DNA of 64,000 nucleotides from a virus. Its lineage: Duplodnaviria; Caudoviricetes. The notes under the pieces were generated by a model that searched no databases, was not told where the DNA came from, and saw only the letters and a list, made by a program, of their open reading frames with translations. Below are positions 9,937-19,041 of the stretch, piece after piece (the first letter of the stretch is position 1; every line of letters starts with the position of its first letter). Location of the stretch: IMG/VR virus record IMGVR_UViG_3300005512_002353; one strand, 5' to 3'. Both the position numbers and the translations under genes were made by a program.

Positions 9937-11179
9937 TATTTTCTTCCATAATATTTACTAACCAAGGAAAAGAGTTTTTCCAATTTGTTTCTCTTCTTCT
10001 ATCCATCTCATTTAAAAATAATAACATCTTTTTAAGTTCTTGTCTATCAGTTTGGTGTTTTGCAACTAAAGCAAACATTCCCTTAACTGTAATTAGAGCT
10101 TGTTTGTCATTTAATTTGGATAATATCTTTTTTTCTATTTCTTTGATATTATCATGCCCTAAAATTTTTAGTTCTAAGAAACTGTGTGTTCCGTGTGGAT
10201 TGGATACAAACTGTGCTATCTCTCTCTGATGTTTTTGACGTTGTAAATCTATGTAGTCAATCAGATCAGGCATGGACATTACTGTAAGAGATGTCATCAC
10301 TTGATGGATGCTAAGTTTGCACCAATCTTGTTTAGCAAAATATTCAAAATTTTCTTTCCATGTTGACAGATCTAAATTAGATCTTACATACTCTTGTTCT
10401 GGTCCCCAACAATCAACACTAGCCAATAGCTCAAATCTACCTACACGTTTCTCAGCAACTAGTTTTTTTATTTTTTCACAGTTTTGATTAATCTTCTTCT
10501 GAGGTATTGCTAGATTTGATATTATTTCAAATTCTAACCTTTTGTTTGTTCTTTCTAGCATGAAATCCAATAGTTGATCTAATTCTTTCTGAAAAAATGG
10601 CTCTCCTCCCACTATTTCTAATCTTCTAAGTTTTTCATAATTTTGATCCAACCAATTCCAAAACTTTTGCATCAATCCTGAGTTATCTTCAGGTATTTCC
10701 TCTAATACATTTTTTATCTGCACGCCGTCTTTATTAAAAGATCCAAATTTACGATTTTCAGTATATATCTGACTACTGAATTGATCTCCACAATATAGGC
10801 ATTTTAGATTGCATACATTATTAAATCCAATGGTTAGCACAGTTGGTATTACAGACAAGGATGTTGGATCAGTGTATAATTCCTCTGGTATCTGATCTAA
10901 GAGCTTGTTATGAAACTGCCTATAACTTTCACCCCCCGCATCTTCAATCTCCCAACAGAGTTCGCATCCTCGTCCTGGACGTTTGCCGTCAACCATTTGT
11001 TGTCTCTCATTGAGATATATAGGAAGGTTATGGAAGTTATCAAACTCTTCTTCTGTAAAACTAACAGGTTCAACCTTGCAACAATTGGACGTTTTTCCTA
11101 CTTGTAGATTTAGAGCGTTGTGAGACCATTTTGCCTGACAGGCTGAATCTGATTTAATAGGGAAATACTTTTCTCCCAT
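9926..11179 (-). CDS. radical SAM protein with N-terminal SPASM/twitch-like Cys domain
   Basis: CNLKCLYC, GGEPF, N-terminal C..W...CC...CELCW. Confidence 0.85.
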   Translation of the reverse strand: MGEKYFPIKSDSACQAKWSHNALNLQVGKTSNCCKVEPVSFTEEEFDNFHNLPIYLNERQQMVDGKRPGRGCELCWEIEDAGGESYRQFHNKLLDQIPEELYTDPTSLSVIPTVLTIGFNNVCNLKCLYCGDQFSSQIYTENRKFGSFNKDGVQIKNVLEEIPEDNSGLMQKFWNWLDQNYEKLRRLEIVGGEPFFQKELDQLLDFMLERTNKRLEFEIISNLAIPQKKINQNCEKIKKLVAEKRVGRFELLASVDCWGPEQEYVRSNLDLSTWKENFEYFAKQDWCKLSIHQVMTSLTVMSMPDLIDYIDLQRQKHQREIAQFVSNPHGTHSFLELKILGHDNIKEIEKKILSKLNDKQALITVKGMFALVAKHQTDRQELKKMLLFLNEMDRRRETNWKNSFPWLVNIMEENNVV

Positions 11180-11181
11180 AA

Positions 11182-11451
11182 CTAATAGTCCTCATCATCC
11201 TCTTCGTCATCTAACTCATCGCCCCACTCATCTAAGCCTTCATCCTCATCACTATCTTCTATTAGGTCAAGATCTGATAAAACATGTTTGATATCTGGAT
11301 CTGTTATAAAATCACTTTCGCTGATCTCTTCACTGCTATATCCAAGATTGTCTATTAGACAATTAACCACATCGGCCGCGGCATCACTGGGGTATTTCAC
11401 CTGATCCTTTAACGTTGACCACACCTCAAATGCTGTATTAAGTTCTGACAT
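11182..11451 (-). CDS. small highly acidic hypothetical protein
   Basis: 89 aa with D/E-rich C-terminus. Confidence 0.65.
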   Translation of the reverse strand: MSELNTAFEVWSTLKDQVKYPSDAAADVVNCLIDNLGYSSEEISESDFITDPDIKHVLSDLDLIEDSDEDEGLDEWGDELDDEEDDEDY

Positions 11452-12961
11452 TTTTTATTTTTTCCTCTGAAAATCGTTTTATTACCTTAGTCATTTCTTC
11501 TAAGTGAATTGGAACTCGCCCTGGACGCTGATAGTTTAAGTTTATTAAAGTTTTTTGAAACTCTATATATCTAGAAAATCTCTCTTTGATATCAAGTTCA
11601 GGATTTGATTTAATATCATATGTTAAATTATTATATTCATCTCTGTCATGGCCTGTTATTCCGAGTTCATCCACCATATCATATAGTGGTGTGTTTTTTA
11701 ATAAAATTAGTGGTAAACTTTCACTAACATCAACTACGGTTCCGTCTATATGATACTTCTGATACTTTTTAATCATGTTTATTGTATCTTCAAAGTCTTT
11801 TCTAGTTTCTGTTGGATATGCAACTAGCATCAAAAGATTATTCATGATACCATATTTACTACACATTTCCATATGATAGTCTATGTCTTCGTTAGAAAAT
11901 TTCTTTCCCATGTGTTCTCTAACCTTATCACTCCCTGACTCTATCCCAGTATCTAATTCGATAACTCCACTATCTCTCATTAGTCTATAATGTTCTTCTT
12001 TGTGAAACTGCTTAGGTCTAACGATATATTGTCCGTTTATTTTTAGCCCCGGCATTCCGTTATGTTTTTGTCTAATCTTAATTATATGTTCCATCATGTC
12101 ATGAAACATTTTTAAACTACCATTGATAAGACTGTCAGTGAAGAAATAAGAAAGACTGCCTGTTTCTAAATAATGCTTTTCTATCTCTTCTGCTATGCTT
12201 TTACCATTGCGAAATCGAAACTTTTTCCAATAATGTCCAACATCACAAAAGGTGCATCTTCTAACACATCCTCTACTTCCTGTCAGTGATATTCCTGTTC
12301 CTTGTTCTAAACGTTGATACTCTCTAAGAGTAAATTTACTATAACTAGGAATAGGTGTTTGATCTAAATCTTCTACCTGTATTGCCCAACTATCTGTTTT
12401 TACATCTTTACTGTTTATTCCTAAGGCAGTATTGCCTTTAAGAAACTCGTCTAATACTTGATCTCCTTCGCCTAGCACATAGTAGTCTATTAGTCCTTCA
12501 TTGGCCCTGTGCCTTGCCCAGGATTGTCCGTCTGTTTGTGGCACAGCAATACCACTTCCACCTACAATAATAGTTGCTTGTATGTTATAATGCTTCAATC
12601 TCTTTAGGAACTGTTCAGCCCATACATTCTGATGGTAGGTTAATACTGTAAGCATTATAAGATCAGCACCACTATTTTTTATGTCAACACATACCGGATC
12701 AATCACAGTGTTAATAAGGTTGATAGCATCAGCATCTGTCAATGGATAAAACGGAGTTACTTCTGCTAGTCTAGCATATTGATCTTCAGTTAGTATTTCC
12801 AATGCTTTTAAATTAAGATCACAAATGTCATGATCTAAATCGTGTTTGTCACAAACTCCACTAAGAAACGCTAGTCCTGGTGGTGGTCTATCTAGATAGA
12901 CCTGTGCAGATGCTACACAGTATGCTTTCTTAAATATTAAGGGAGTTGATGTCATTCTCAA
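11438..12961 (-). CDS. B12-binding-domain radical SAM enzyme
   Basis: PPPGLAFL and IIVGG (B12-binding domain), GEGD, SRGCVRRCTFC, GIESGS; true start uncertain. Confidence 0.85.
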   Translation of the reverse strand: MRMTSTPLIFKKAYCVASAQVYLDRPPPGLAFLSGVCDKHDLDHDICDLNLKALEILTEDQYARLAEVTPFYPLTDADAINLINTVIDPVCVDIKNSGADLIMLTVLTYHQNVWAEQFLKRLKHYNIQATIIVGGSGIAVPQTDGQSWARHRANEGLIDYYVLGEGDQVLDEFLKGNTALGINSKDVKTDSWAIQVEDLDQTPIPSYSKFTLREYQRLEQGTGISLTGSRGCVRRCTFCDVGHYWKKFRFRNGKSIAEEIEKHYLETGSLSYFFTDSLINGSLKMFHDMMEHIIKIRQKHNGMPGLKINGQYIVRPKQFHKEEHYRLMRDSGVIELDTGIESGSDKVREHMGKKFSNEDIDYHMEMCSKYGIMNNLLMLVAYPTETRKDFEDTINMIKKYQKYHIDGTVVDVSESLPLILLKNTPLYDMVDELGITGHDRDEYNNLTYDIKSNPELDIKERFSRYIEFQKTLINLNYQRPGRVPIHLEEMTKVIKRFSEEKIKNVRT

Positions 12962-13445
12962 ACTTATCTAATAATCTTAAATAATTTTCTTTTTTCTTTT
13001 CTGACCAAAGATCATAGTGATCACCGTATTTTTCCTCAGTTAATCGATGTTTTTCTTTAAGTATCCAATCAATAATAGGTGTTGAGAAATTCCATAACCA
13101 CTGCTTATTGTTTTCGCCCCAGGTAAGACAACTAGGTTGCTGGCCGTATGTTCCTGAGTATTTAAAATTATCCGGAAGTTTTACATTATCAACGAATATA
13201 TTTTCTAAAGTAACTAATTGGTCTTGTATTATCTGTTGATCGTTAACCACTGTGCTACTTTGAGATTTACCATATATCTCTATAGCAAGAGTATGGTTGC
13301 CATCTAATAGATCAATTGGAATACTAACACATTCATGACTTGAGGAAAACTTATATTCTTGATAAATGTCATCATCAATTGACATTCTTATCTTTGGCCA
13401 ACCATTGCACTTGGTTGCCTTAAACTCAAATCCTAATTCATTCAC
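12930..13445 (-). CDS. hypothetical protein
   Basis: 171-aa ORF, ATGA overlap with the uvsX stop. Confidence 0.6.
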   Translation of the reverse strand: MNELGFEFKATKCNGWPKIRMSIDDDIYQEYKFSSSHECVSIPIDLLDGNHTLAIEIYGKSQSSTVVNDQQIIQDQLVTLENIFVDNVKLPDNFKYSGTYGQQPSCLTWGENNKQWLWNFSTPIIDWILKEKHRLTEEKYGDHYDLWSEKKKENYLRLLDKFENDINSLNI

Positions 13446-14569
13446 TCTTGTGTATCTTCTACTATATCGTCGGTTGCTGTCATTTCTGCTTCAACTGCGA
13501 TGTCTTCCATAGCTTCTACGTCAGATTTACTTATCTCTTCCTCACTATTTTGATTGGCGTATGCTACCATTAGTTTGTCCAGGCAACCATCCTCATTTGA
13601 TTCCCATGCTTTACGGAACATCTTGATAGCATCCTTGTCATCTGCCTTGCCATAGCGTAGTCTGTTGCCATCTTTTTCTAACAAGCCAGCTTTCTCGGCT
13701 AGATCAACAAGTCCTGAATATGGATTCATGCCTGTCTCATAAGGAATCTTGACCTGCACTGACTCAAATGGTTTGGCATATCTAGTCTTCATGATCTTAC
13801 AGCCAGCTCTGATACCCTTGACCTCTGATATCTTGTTACCGTCCTCGTCCTCTTTCAATTTCATTTTCTTCATAGCAACAACAATTGATGACGCATAGAT
13901 AAAGCCTTGACCACCTGATATCTTATCATCTGGATCAAACATGTCCTGTGATGCGTAGGTATGGTTAGTTGCTACAAGCCCGACGTTGGCTGAACCAAAC
14001 ATGTTAACACAGTTACGGACCAGTGCCGTCAGTGCCTTAGGCTTACGACCCATGTCGCCTTTCATGTCGCCTTTTTGGAACTGGTCAACATCTGTAGGAG
14101 TTAGCAACATACCAAGTGAGTCAATAACGAATAGAACCTTAGGACGATCATCCTCTGGCATTGCCTTATATTCATTCATGAAATCATTGACTGTCTTTGC
14201 TACATCATCAATCATGGCCATGTTGAGTTTAAGCAATTTTTCTTCTGAAGTATCTACACCTAGTGCATGTAACCAAGCTTCATCTAGTGCGTTTTCTGAG
14301 TCAATCAATACAACAAACACCCCTTGTTCCTGTGCGTGTTTAACGATGTTACCAGAACAAATATATGATTTACCTGCACCACTCTCTCCTGCAAACACAG
14401 TTACTTTGCCTAGTGGAATGCCTTTGTTAAAGTCTCCTGATATCAAATAGTTTAAGGCATAGTTGCCTGTTGATACCCAGTCTGTTGGATCGTTAAACCC
14501 TATTGATAATCCAGCAATACTTTTAGTAATGCTCTTTCTAAATTTGCTTACGTCAAATGGTTTGGCCAT
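13442..14569 (-). CDS. uvsX: UvsX/RecA-like recombinase
   Basis: GESGAGKS Walker A, IDSENA, VIDSLGML, SGGQG. Confidence 0.92.
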   Translation of the reverse strand: MAKPFDVSKFRKSITKSIAGLSIGFNDPTDWVSTGNYALNYLISGDFNKGIPLGKVTVFAGESGAGKSYICSGNIVKHAQEQGVFVVLIDSENALDEAWLHALGVDTSEEKLLKLNMAMIDDVAKTVNDFMNEYKAMPEDDRPKVLFVIDSLGMLLTPTDVDQFQKGDMKGDMGRKPKALTALVRNCVNMFGSANVGLVATNHTYASQDMFDPDDKISGGQGFIYASSIVVAMKKMKLKEDEDGNKISEVKGIRAGCKIMKTRYAKPFESVQVKIPYETGMNPYSGLVDLAEKAGLLEKDGNRLRYGKADDKDAIKMFRKAWESNEDGCLDKLMVAYANQNSEEEISKSDVEAMEDIAVEAEMTATDDIVEDTQE

Positions 14570-15590
14570 GCTCTTCTCCTAGTTCTATGTCAAAGTAGTC
14601 TCTGTAACTTATATTGCGTAGTTCATCTTGTTTCGTTACAAAGTCTACCAATTCGTTAGTGTTATTATACTGTGATGCTACCAAACTTGCAAGTTGTTTG
14701 AGCAACAATATGTCCGATTTCTCAAAATTCTCTCTTGCCTGTTTAGTAAATTCGTTCTCGTAGCGTATGCTCATCTGTTCAGGATATTCTAATACTCCGT
14801 AACTAAATCCTATTCCTACTTGATCTGCATACCTTAACATATTTTCTAGATCATTGATAGTAAACACATTTAAGGTGCTCCAAAAACCTAATTCTAAATT
14901 ATTATATTGGTCTGCTAAGTGTTTATACTCTCTTACTACCCGATCCCATTTTTTCCATTCTACTGGATATCGAGCATACTCATGAACCTGTTTAGTTCCA
15001 TCAAAGCTCAATGTTATGATTACTTTTATCTTTTGTTTAAGTAGTTCTTCTAAGTTATCAATGACTTTTGTTCCATTGGTATTAATTCTAACTATTTTAA
15101 CATTAGGTGGTAGGTTCTCTAATAATTTCTTATAGTTTTTACTATAACTTGGTTCGCCACCGTTGATGTCTAATTCTATTATTCTGTCTTTAGGTAGTTG
15201 ATCAAACGCTGAAACATTTTCTAATTTAATTACGTTCTTTTTTAGACTGCCTATAGTAGTTGATAGTCCTTCCCAACAAAACTGGCATGCTGAGTTGCAT
15301 ACGTTGTCTAAGACGCCACCTATGACTAGGTAATCTTTGTTAAATGACTTCAATAACTTACCTCTGCGTATCGCATCTATCCGGATGCTAGTGCCATTGG
15401 CTAATTCAGTTGTTTGGCATCTAACACATTCTTCAGGACATTCTTCTGTTTGCTTTAACTTTGTTGTCCACTCACTGGATTCCATTTCTTCATAGGTATT
15501 GAAACGAGGTGCATTGACCATGTGACCACAGCGACTAACTGTGCCGTCCTCGTTTAGTCTAGCAAAATGTTTATATCTAGGGCAATACAT
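14553..15590 (-). CDS. radical SAM protein with N-terminal SPASM/twitch-like domain
   Basis: CNSACQFC, NGGEP, INTNGT; N-terminal YCP..DGTVSRC..CVRC. Confidence 0.85.
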   Translation of the reverse strand: MYCPRYKHFARLNEDGTVSRCGHMVNAPRFNTYEEMESSEWTTKLKQTEECPEECVRCQTTELANGTSIRIDAIRRGKLLKSFNKDYLVIGGVLDNVCNSACQFCWEGLSTTIGSLKKNVIKLENVSAFDQLPKDRIIELDINGGEPSYSKNYKKLLENLPPNVKIVRINTNGTKVIDNLEELLKQKIKVIITLSFDGTKQVHEYARYPVEWKKWDRVVREYKHLADQYNNLELGFWSTLNVFTINDLENMLRYADQVGIGFSYGVLEYPEQMSIRYENEFTKQARENFEKSDILLLKQLASLVASQYNNTNELVDFVTKQDELRNISYRDYFDIELGEEHGQTI

Positions 15591-16194
15591 TTGCTACGCT
15601 CATTCCTTTGAACACTGTAGAGTATGCCATTGCGTCATCTTCTCTTAATTTTGTTAATATTTCTCTAGGGGTCCAGCCCTGACCACTCATTTCTGCCCAC
15701 AGTATATAATCCAATCTCAGAGCTAGTTCCAACCATTCGTTGTATGGTGCTTCTAAGTCTGACTTTTTAGGTCGATGTCTGCTAGGTGCATAGTGGACCA
15801 ACATCTCTAAGCGATGGATGTGTATCTTTGCATCCGGATCCATATACCTCATTAGATTTAACAGCCAATTGAGCTGTGGTAGATAGTGTCTATCTAACGT
15901 AAATCCTTTTTGTCCAAGCAGGAATACTGTTTGATAATCTAATTCAAAATTATTATGTAAAAATGTTTGAAACCCACTGCGATATCTTTCTTTTGGATTA
16001 CGTAGGAAAACATCTATGTCTGACAGTTTCTTAATCTGCTCGTTGATTACACTTTTATATCCTTCACTGTCTTTTCTCTGATGTATAGCAGAACTTCCAT
16101 TCTTAAAGATAGGATATATGTATTTGTCGTGGTCGTCAAAATATATAACTTCTACCTTGCTAGGATATAGTATATCATCTAATCTTGTAAACAT
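15577..16194 (-). CDS. sulfotransferase-like protein
   Basis: PIFKNGSSAI (5'-PAPS-loop-like), RNPKERYRSG (3'-PB-like), HYLPQ. Confidence 0.5.
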   Translation of the reverse strand: MFTRLDDILYPSKVEVIYFDDHDKYIYPIFKNGSSAIHQRKDSEGYKSVINEQIKKLSDIDVFLRNPKERYRSGFQTFLHNNFELDYQTVFLLGQKGFTLDRHYLPQLNWLLNLMRYMDPDAKIHIHRLEMLVHYAPSRHRPKKSDLEAPYNEWLELALRLDYILWAEMSGQGWTPREILTKLREDDAMAYSTVFKGMSVANVLP

Positions 16195-17327
16195 TCATAT
16201 ACCTCTGGAAATATTGTTTTACTATCTAATCCTCTACGCTGATCCATTTCATTTAAATTTTTAAATGTTGATGCTAACTCTTTAGTGAATGGAAGCCTAG
16301 CATGTCTCATCATATTCTTGTAACTTTCTTCTAATAGATACCCAGGATTTTGATCTAGTCTAGACTGTAGTGCTATATTAATGTTGTCTAACTCATCATC
16401 GGGTAAATTTCTAACATCTAACCAGTTTGGTCCAAGTATAGGTCCTATAACAAAACTATTGTTATGATATCCTCGATCTTTAAGAAAATCTACACAGTCA
16501 AATATTGATCTATAGTTTAATACAAACCATAACATGTTAAAAGATATCTTGTGATCTAAAGTTGTTATTCTATCTAGGTTTTCTAAAAAGTCAGTCCAAC
16601 AACCACCATAACGTATATATTCAAATTCTTTGTCTAGTGTTTCAACACTTACTGTCCAATGCACATTACGAAACTCACATATTTTATCAAACACAGGAGT
16701 TCCTGTCTTACTTAAATTTGAATTCACTCTTATGTTAACATCAGGATTACGTTCTTGTAATATTTCAAGCAACTCTAAATTCTCTTTCATTAGTAAGGGC
16801 TCGCCACCTGCAAGGTAAACATGTTTGAGTTTATGTGCATTGTCAAACACAAATTGTTTAAGTTCTTCTACACGTTCTTGCGATGGTTCTGCTACTTTAA
16901 TTTTTAATTCTTTAGCCCATTTACTTGAATAGTCAGGTCCACAGTATACACAACCAAAGTTACAACTATTTGACCATCGTATGTCTATCTTACGTAGATC
17001 AAATGTATCTATGTTGTCATACGTATTCAATGGAACGTCTTTTAATTCTTTAAGATAAAATACACGATCACTGATAATATCAAAACTATTTTTACCTTGC
17101 TCTAAATCATAACACACTGAACAACCTTGTCCTGATAGACCGACGAGCATGTTCTGTTTGGTCACTGTGTTTTCTGCTAGTATGTCGTGTATGCTTTGGT
17201 CTTTAAGATTACCAATGGGGCGTTGACTGCGGATACAATTCAATACATCTCCATTTGAATTATACATGAATCCTGTCCATGGTATAGGACAAAACATTTT
17301 ATTTTTTAAGTAGGTCTTACTGTCCAT
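16179..17327 (-). CDS. radical SAM protein with N-terminal SPASM/twitch-like domain
   Basis: CNFGCVYC, AGGEPL; N-terminal CPIPW..GDVLNC..CSVC. Confidence 0.85.
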   Translation of the reverse strand: MDSKTYLKNKMFCPIPWTGFMYNSNGDVLNCIRSQRPIGNLKDQSIHDILAENTVTKQNMLVGLSGQGCSVCYDLEQGKNSFDIISDRVFYLKELKDVPLNTYDNIDTFDLRKIDIRWSNSCNFGCVYCGPDYSSKWAKELKIKVAEPSQERVEELKQFVFDNAHKLKHVYLAGGEPLLMKENLELLEILQERNPDVNIRVNSNLSKTGTPVFDKICEFRNVHWTVSVETLDKEFEYIRYGGCWTDFLENLDRITTLDHKISFNMLWFVLNYRSIFDCVDFLKDRGYHNNSFVIGPILGPNWLDVRNLPDDELDNINIALQSRLDQNPGYLLEESYKNMMRHARLPFTKELASTFKNLNEMDQRRGLDSKTIFPEVYECLQD

Positions 17328-17802
17328 TGATAAGCCCTACTATTAATTTAACATATTCATTAACATCCTGAGCGTCAGGCGATGAATCAGGCTGTGTTGC
17401 TATTGCTCCAGGTCTAATAATCTCTAACTTAGGTAGTTCTGATCTTAGACTTAATAGATTGTTTGCTTGTTCTAATGTTTTCTTTTGTATTAGATATTCG
17501 TCCCAGTCTTCTCTAGGCGGAACATCCATAGTGACCATCTCTGTGCTTATGTTAAAGATCTTTTTATCTTGTCCCCGCCATAAACGCCAGACAGCAAACA
17601 GTAAATCAGTTTGAGCAAAATGCGACTGTGCATTGTTAATGAATATGTCACAGGGGTCAATTAATTTTGATATCTTTGGGATATTATGTATGTTATGGCC
17701 GTAACGTTTACTAAGACCAATAACTTCGTGTCCTTGTTGTTCTAATAGACTAGCCAAAGCACGTCCTATACCCGCTGAGTGTCCTGTGATAGCAATCTTC
17801 AT
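17317..17802 (-). CDS. short-chain dehydrogenase/reductase (compact)
   Basis: TGHSAGIG, FINNA, YLIQK (YxxxK), RPG; likely start MKIAITG at 17802. Confidence 0.75.
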   Translation of the reverse strand: MKIAITGHSAGIGRALASLLEQQGHEVIGLSKRYGHNIHNIPKISKLIDPCDIFINNAQSHFAQTDLLFAVWRLWRGQDKKIFNISTEMVTMDVPPREDWDEYLIQKKTLEQANNLLSLRSELPKLEIIRPGAIATQPDSSPDAQDVNEYVKLIVGLINGQ

Positions 17803-17850
17803 AATGGTAGTTATCAAGGCAGTGTTGCCACTGCCCGATAATCTAATATA

Positions 17851-18864
17851 TTAAGACTTTTGTCTGTTACGGATCATAGCAAGAATGTCTTCTGCCTTAG
17901 ATCCACCTGCTGGTGCCGGTTCTGCCGGAGCAGGAGCCGCTTCAGCAACTGGTGCTGGTGCAGGTTCTGGAGTAGGTTGTGGTGCAGGCTCTGCTGTCGC
18001 TGTCGGAGCAGGTGCTGTTTCTTGCACTGGTGGTGCTACTGTGGCATCACTTGTTCCTGATGTTGCTGGTGCCATCATACCTGCTGGTCTGTAGTATGCA
18101 CCCCAACGATCTGGATCATATGGTCTACCATCCACTGATGCTTCAAACATCTCTTTCATGACCTTGAGCTCTTGCTCACTTGGCTTCTTAGGTAGGAACT
18201 CGCTCAGTGTATGAAGTCCGTGTGACTCAATGGCCGCTTGTTCTGCTTCTGTCAATGCAGTTTCCTTACGTGCCCATGTTGAAGTAGTATAGTCAGCATA
18301 GCCACCTTTTGATGTCTTGACAATACGGAAGTCTAAACCTCTGTTGTAATCTGTCGGTAGTTCTTCCATCTCTGGATCCATTAATGCTGTTTTGATGATG
18401 TTAAAGATCTGAGGACTCATAATGAATCTACGGATTGGATTAGCAGGAGTTGTATCATCTGCTAATGGATTTTCTCTAACGAAACCTTGGAATACATATG
18501 AACGCTTCTTCCAATACTTACGACCCATTTCTTCCAATGATGAGTCTTTGAACCATGTTCTAACTTCTGCTAGGATAGGACATGACTCGCCCCACATCTC
18601 CACGCAAGGAACTTGGACCAATTGTTGTTTGTTATCCATTTCACCTTTGATACCATTGAACGGTAAACGTATCATGTTACGCTCTTGCCAAAAGAATGAG
18701 TTGTTTGGATCTGCGTCTGGTAAGAATCTAATTGACGCCTGTGAACCTTCTGAGATGTTCCAGTGCGGATAAATTGCGTTGTCACCGCCACTTGTTGAAC
18801 GATTGTTGCTTTGGTTGTTTTCCGCCGCTTGTAGTTTAGCTCTGATATCTGCTAATGATGCCAT
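17851..18864 (-). CDS. gp32: single-stranded DNA-binding protein (T4 gp32-like)
   Basis: IRFLPD, CPIL, KYWKKR, KGGYADY; Pro/Ala-rich tail ending EDILAMIRNRQ. Confidence 0.85.
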   Translation of the reverse strand: MASLADIRAKLQAAENNQSNNRSTSGGDNAIYPHWNISEGSQASIRFLPDADPNNSFFWQERNMIRLPFNGIKGEMDNKQQLVQVPCVEMWGESCPILAEVRTWFKDSSLEEMGRKYWKKRSYVFQGFVRENPLADDTTPANPIRRFIMSPQIFNIIKTALMDPEMEELPTDYNRGLDFRIVKTSKGGYADYTTSTWARKETALTEAEQAAIESHGLHTLSEFLPKKPSEQELKVMKEMFEASVDGRPYDPDRWGAYYRPAGMMAPATSGTSDATVAPPVQETAPAPTATAEPAPQPTPEPAPAPVAEAAPAPAEPAPAGGSKAEDILAMIRNRQKS

Positions 18865-18928
18865 AATATTTCTCCTTTATGTGCCATAATAATTTGCCTT
18901 AATGTGTGTATTATCATACAACGTTAAC

Positions 18929-18957
18929 ATTATATGATACTTTATTTAGTATTACAA
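18929..18957 (-). promoter_or_regulatory. gp32 promoter: sigma70-type with embedded late TAAATA
   Basis: TTGTAA-N17-TATAAT; TAAATA at 18943-18948. Confidence 0.55.
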
Positions 18958-18991
18958 CGATTATATTGGTGTATTTCACCATTTCAGCCAC

Positions 18992-19019
18992 AAAAAAAGC
19001 ATATAGATAACTATATGCT
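18992..19019 (-). terminator. rho-independent terminator
   Basis: AGCATATAG-TTAT-CTATATGCT stem followed by T-run. Confidence 0.75.
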
Positions 19020-19041
19020 GATTTTGCCAACCTGTCAAGTA

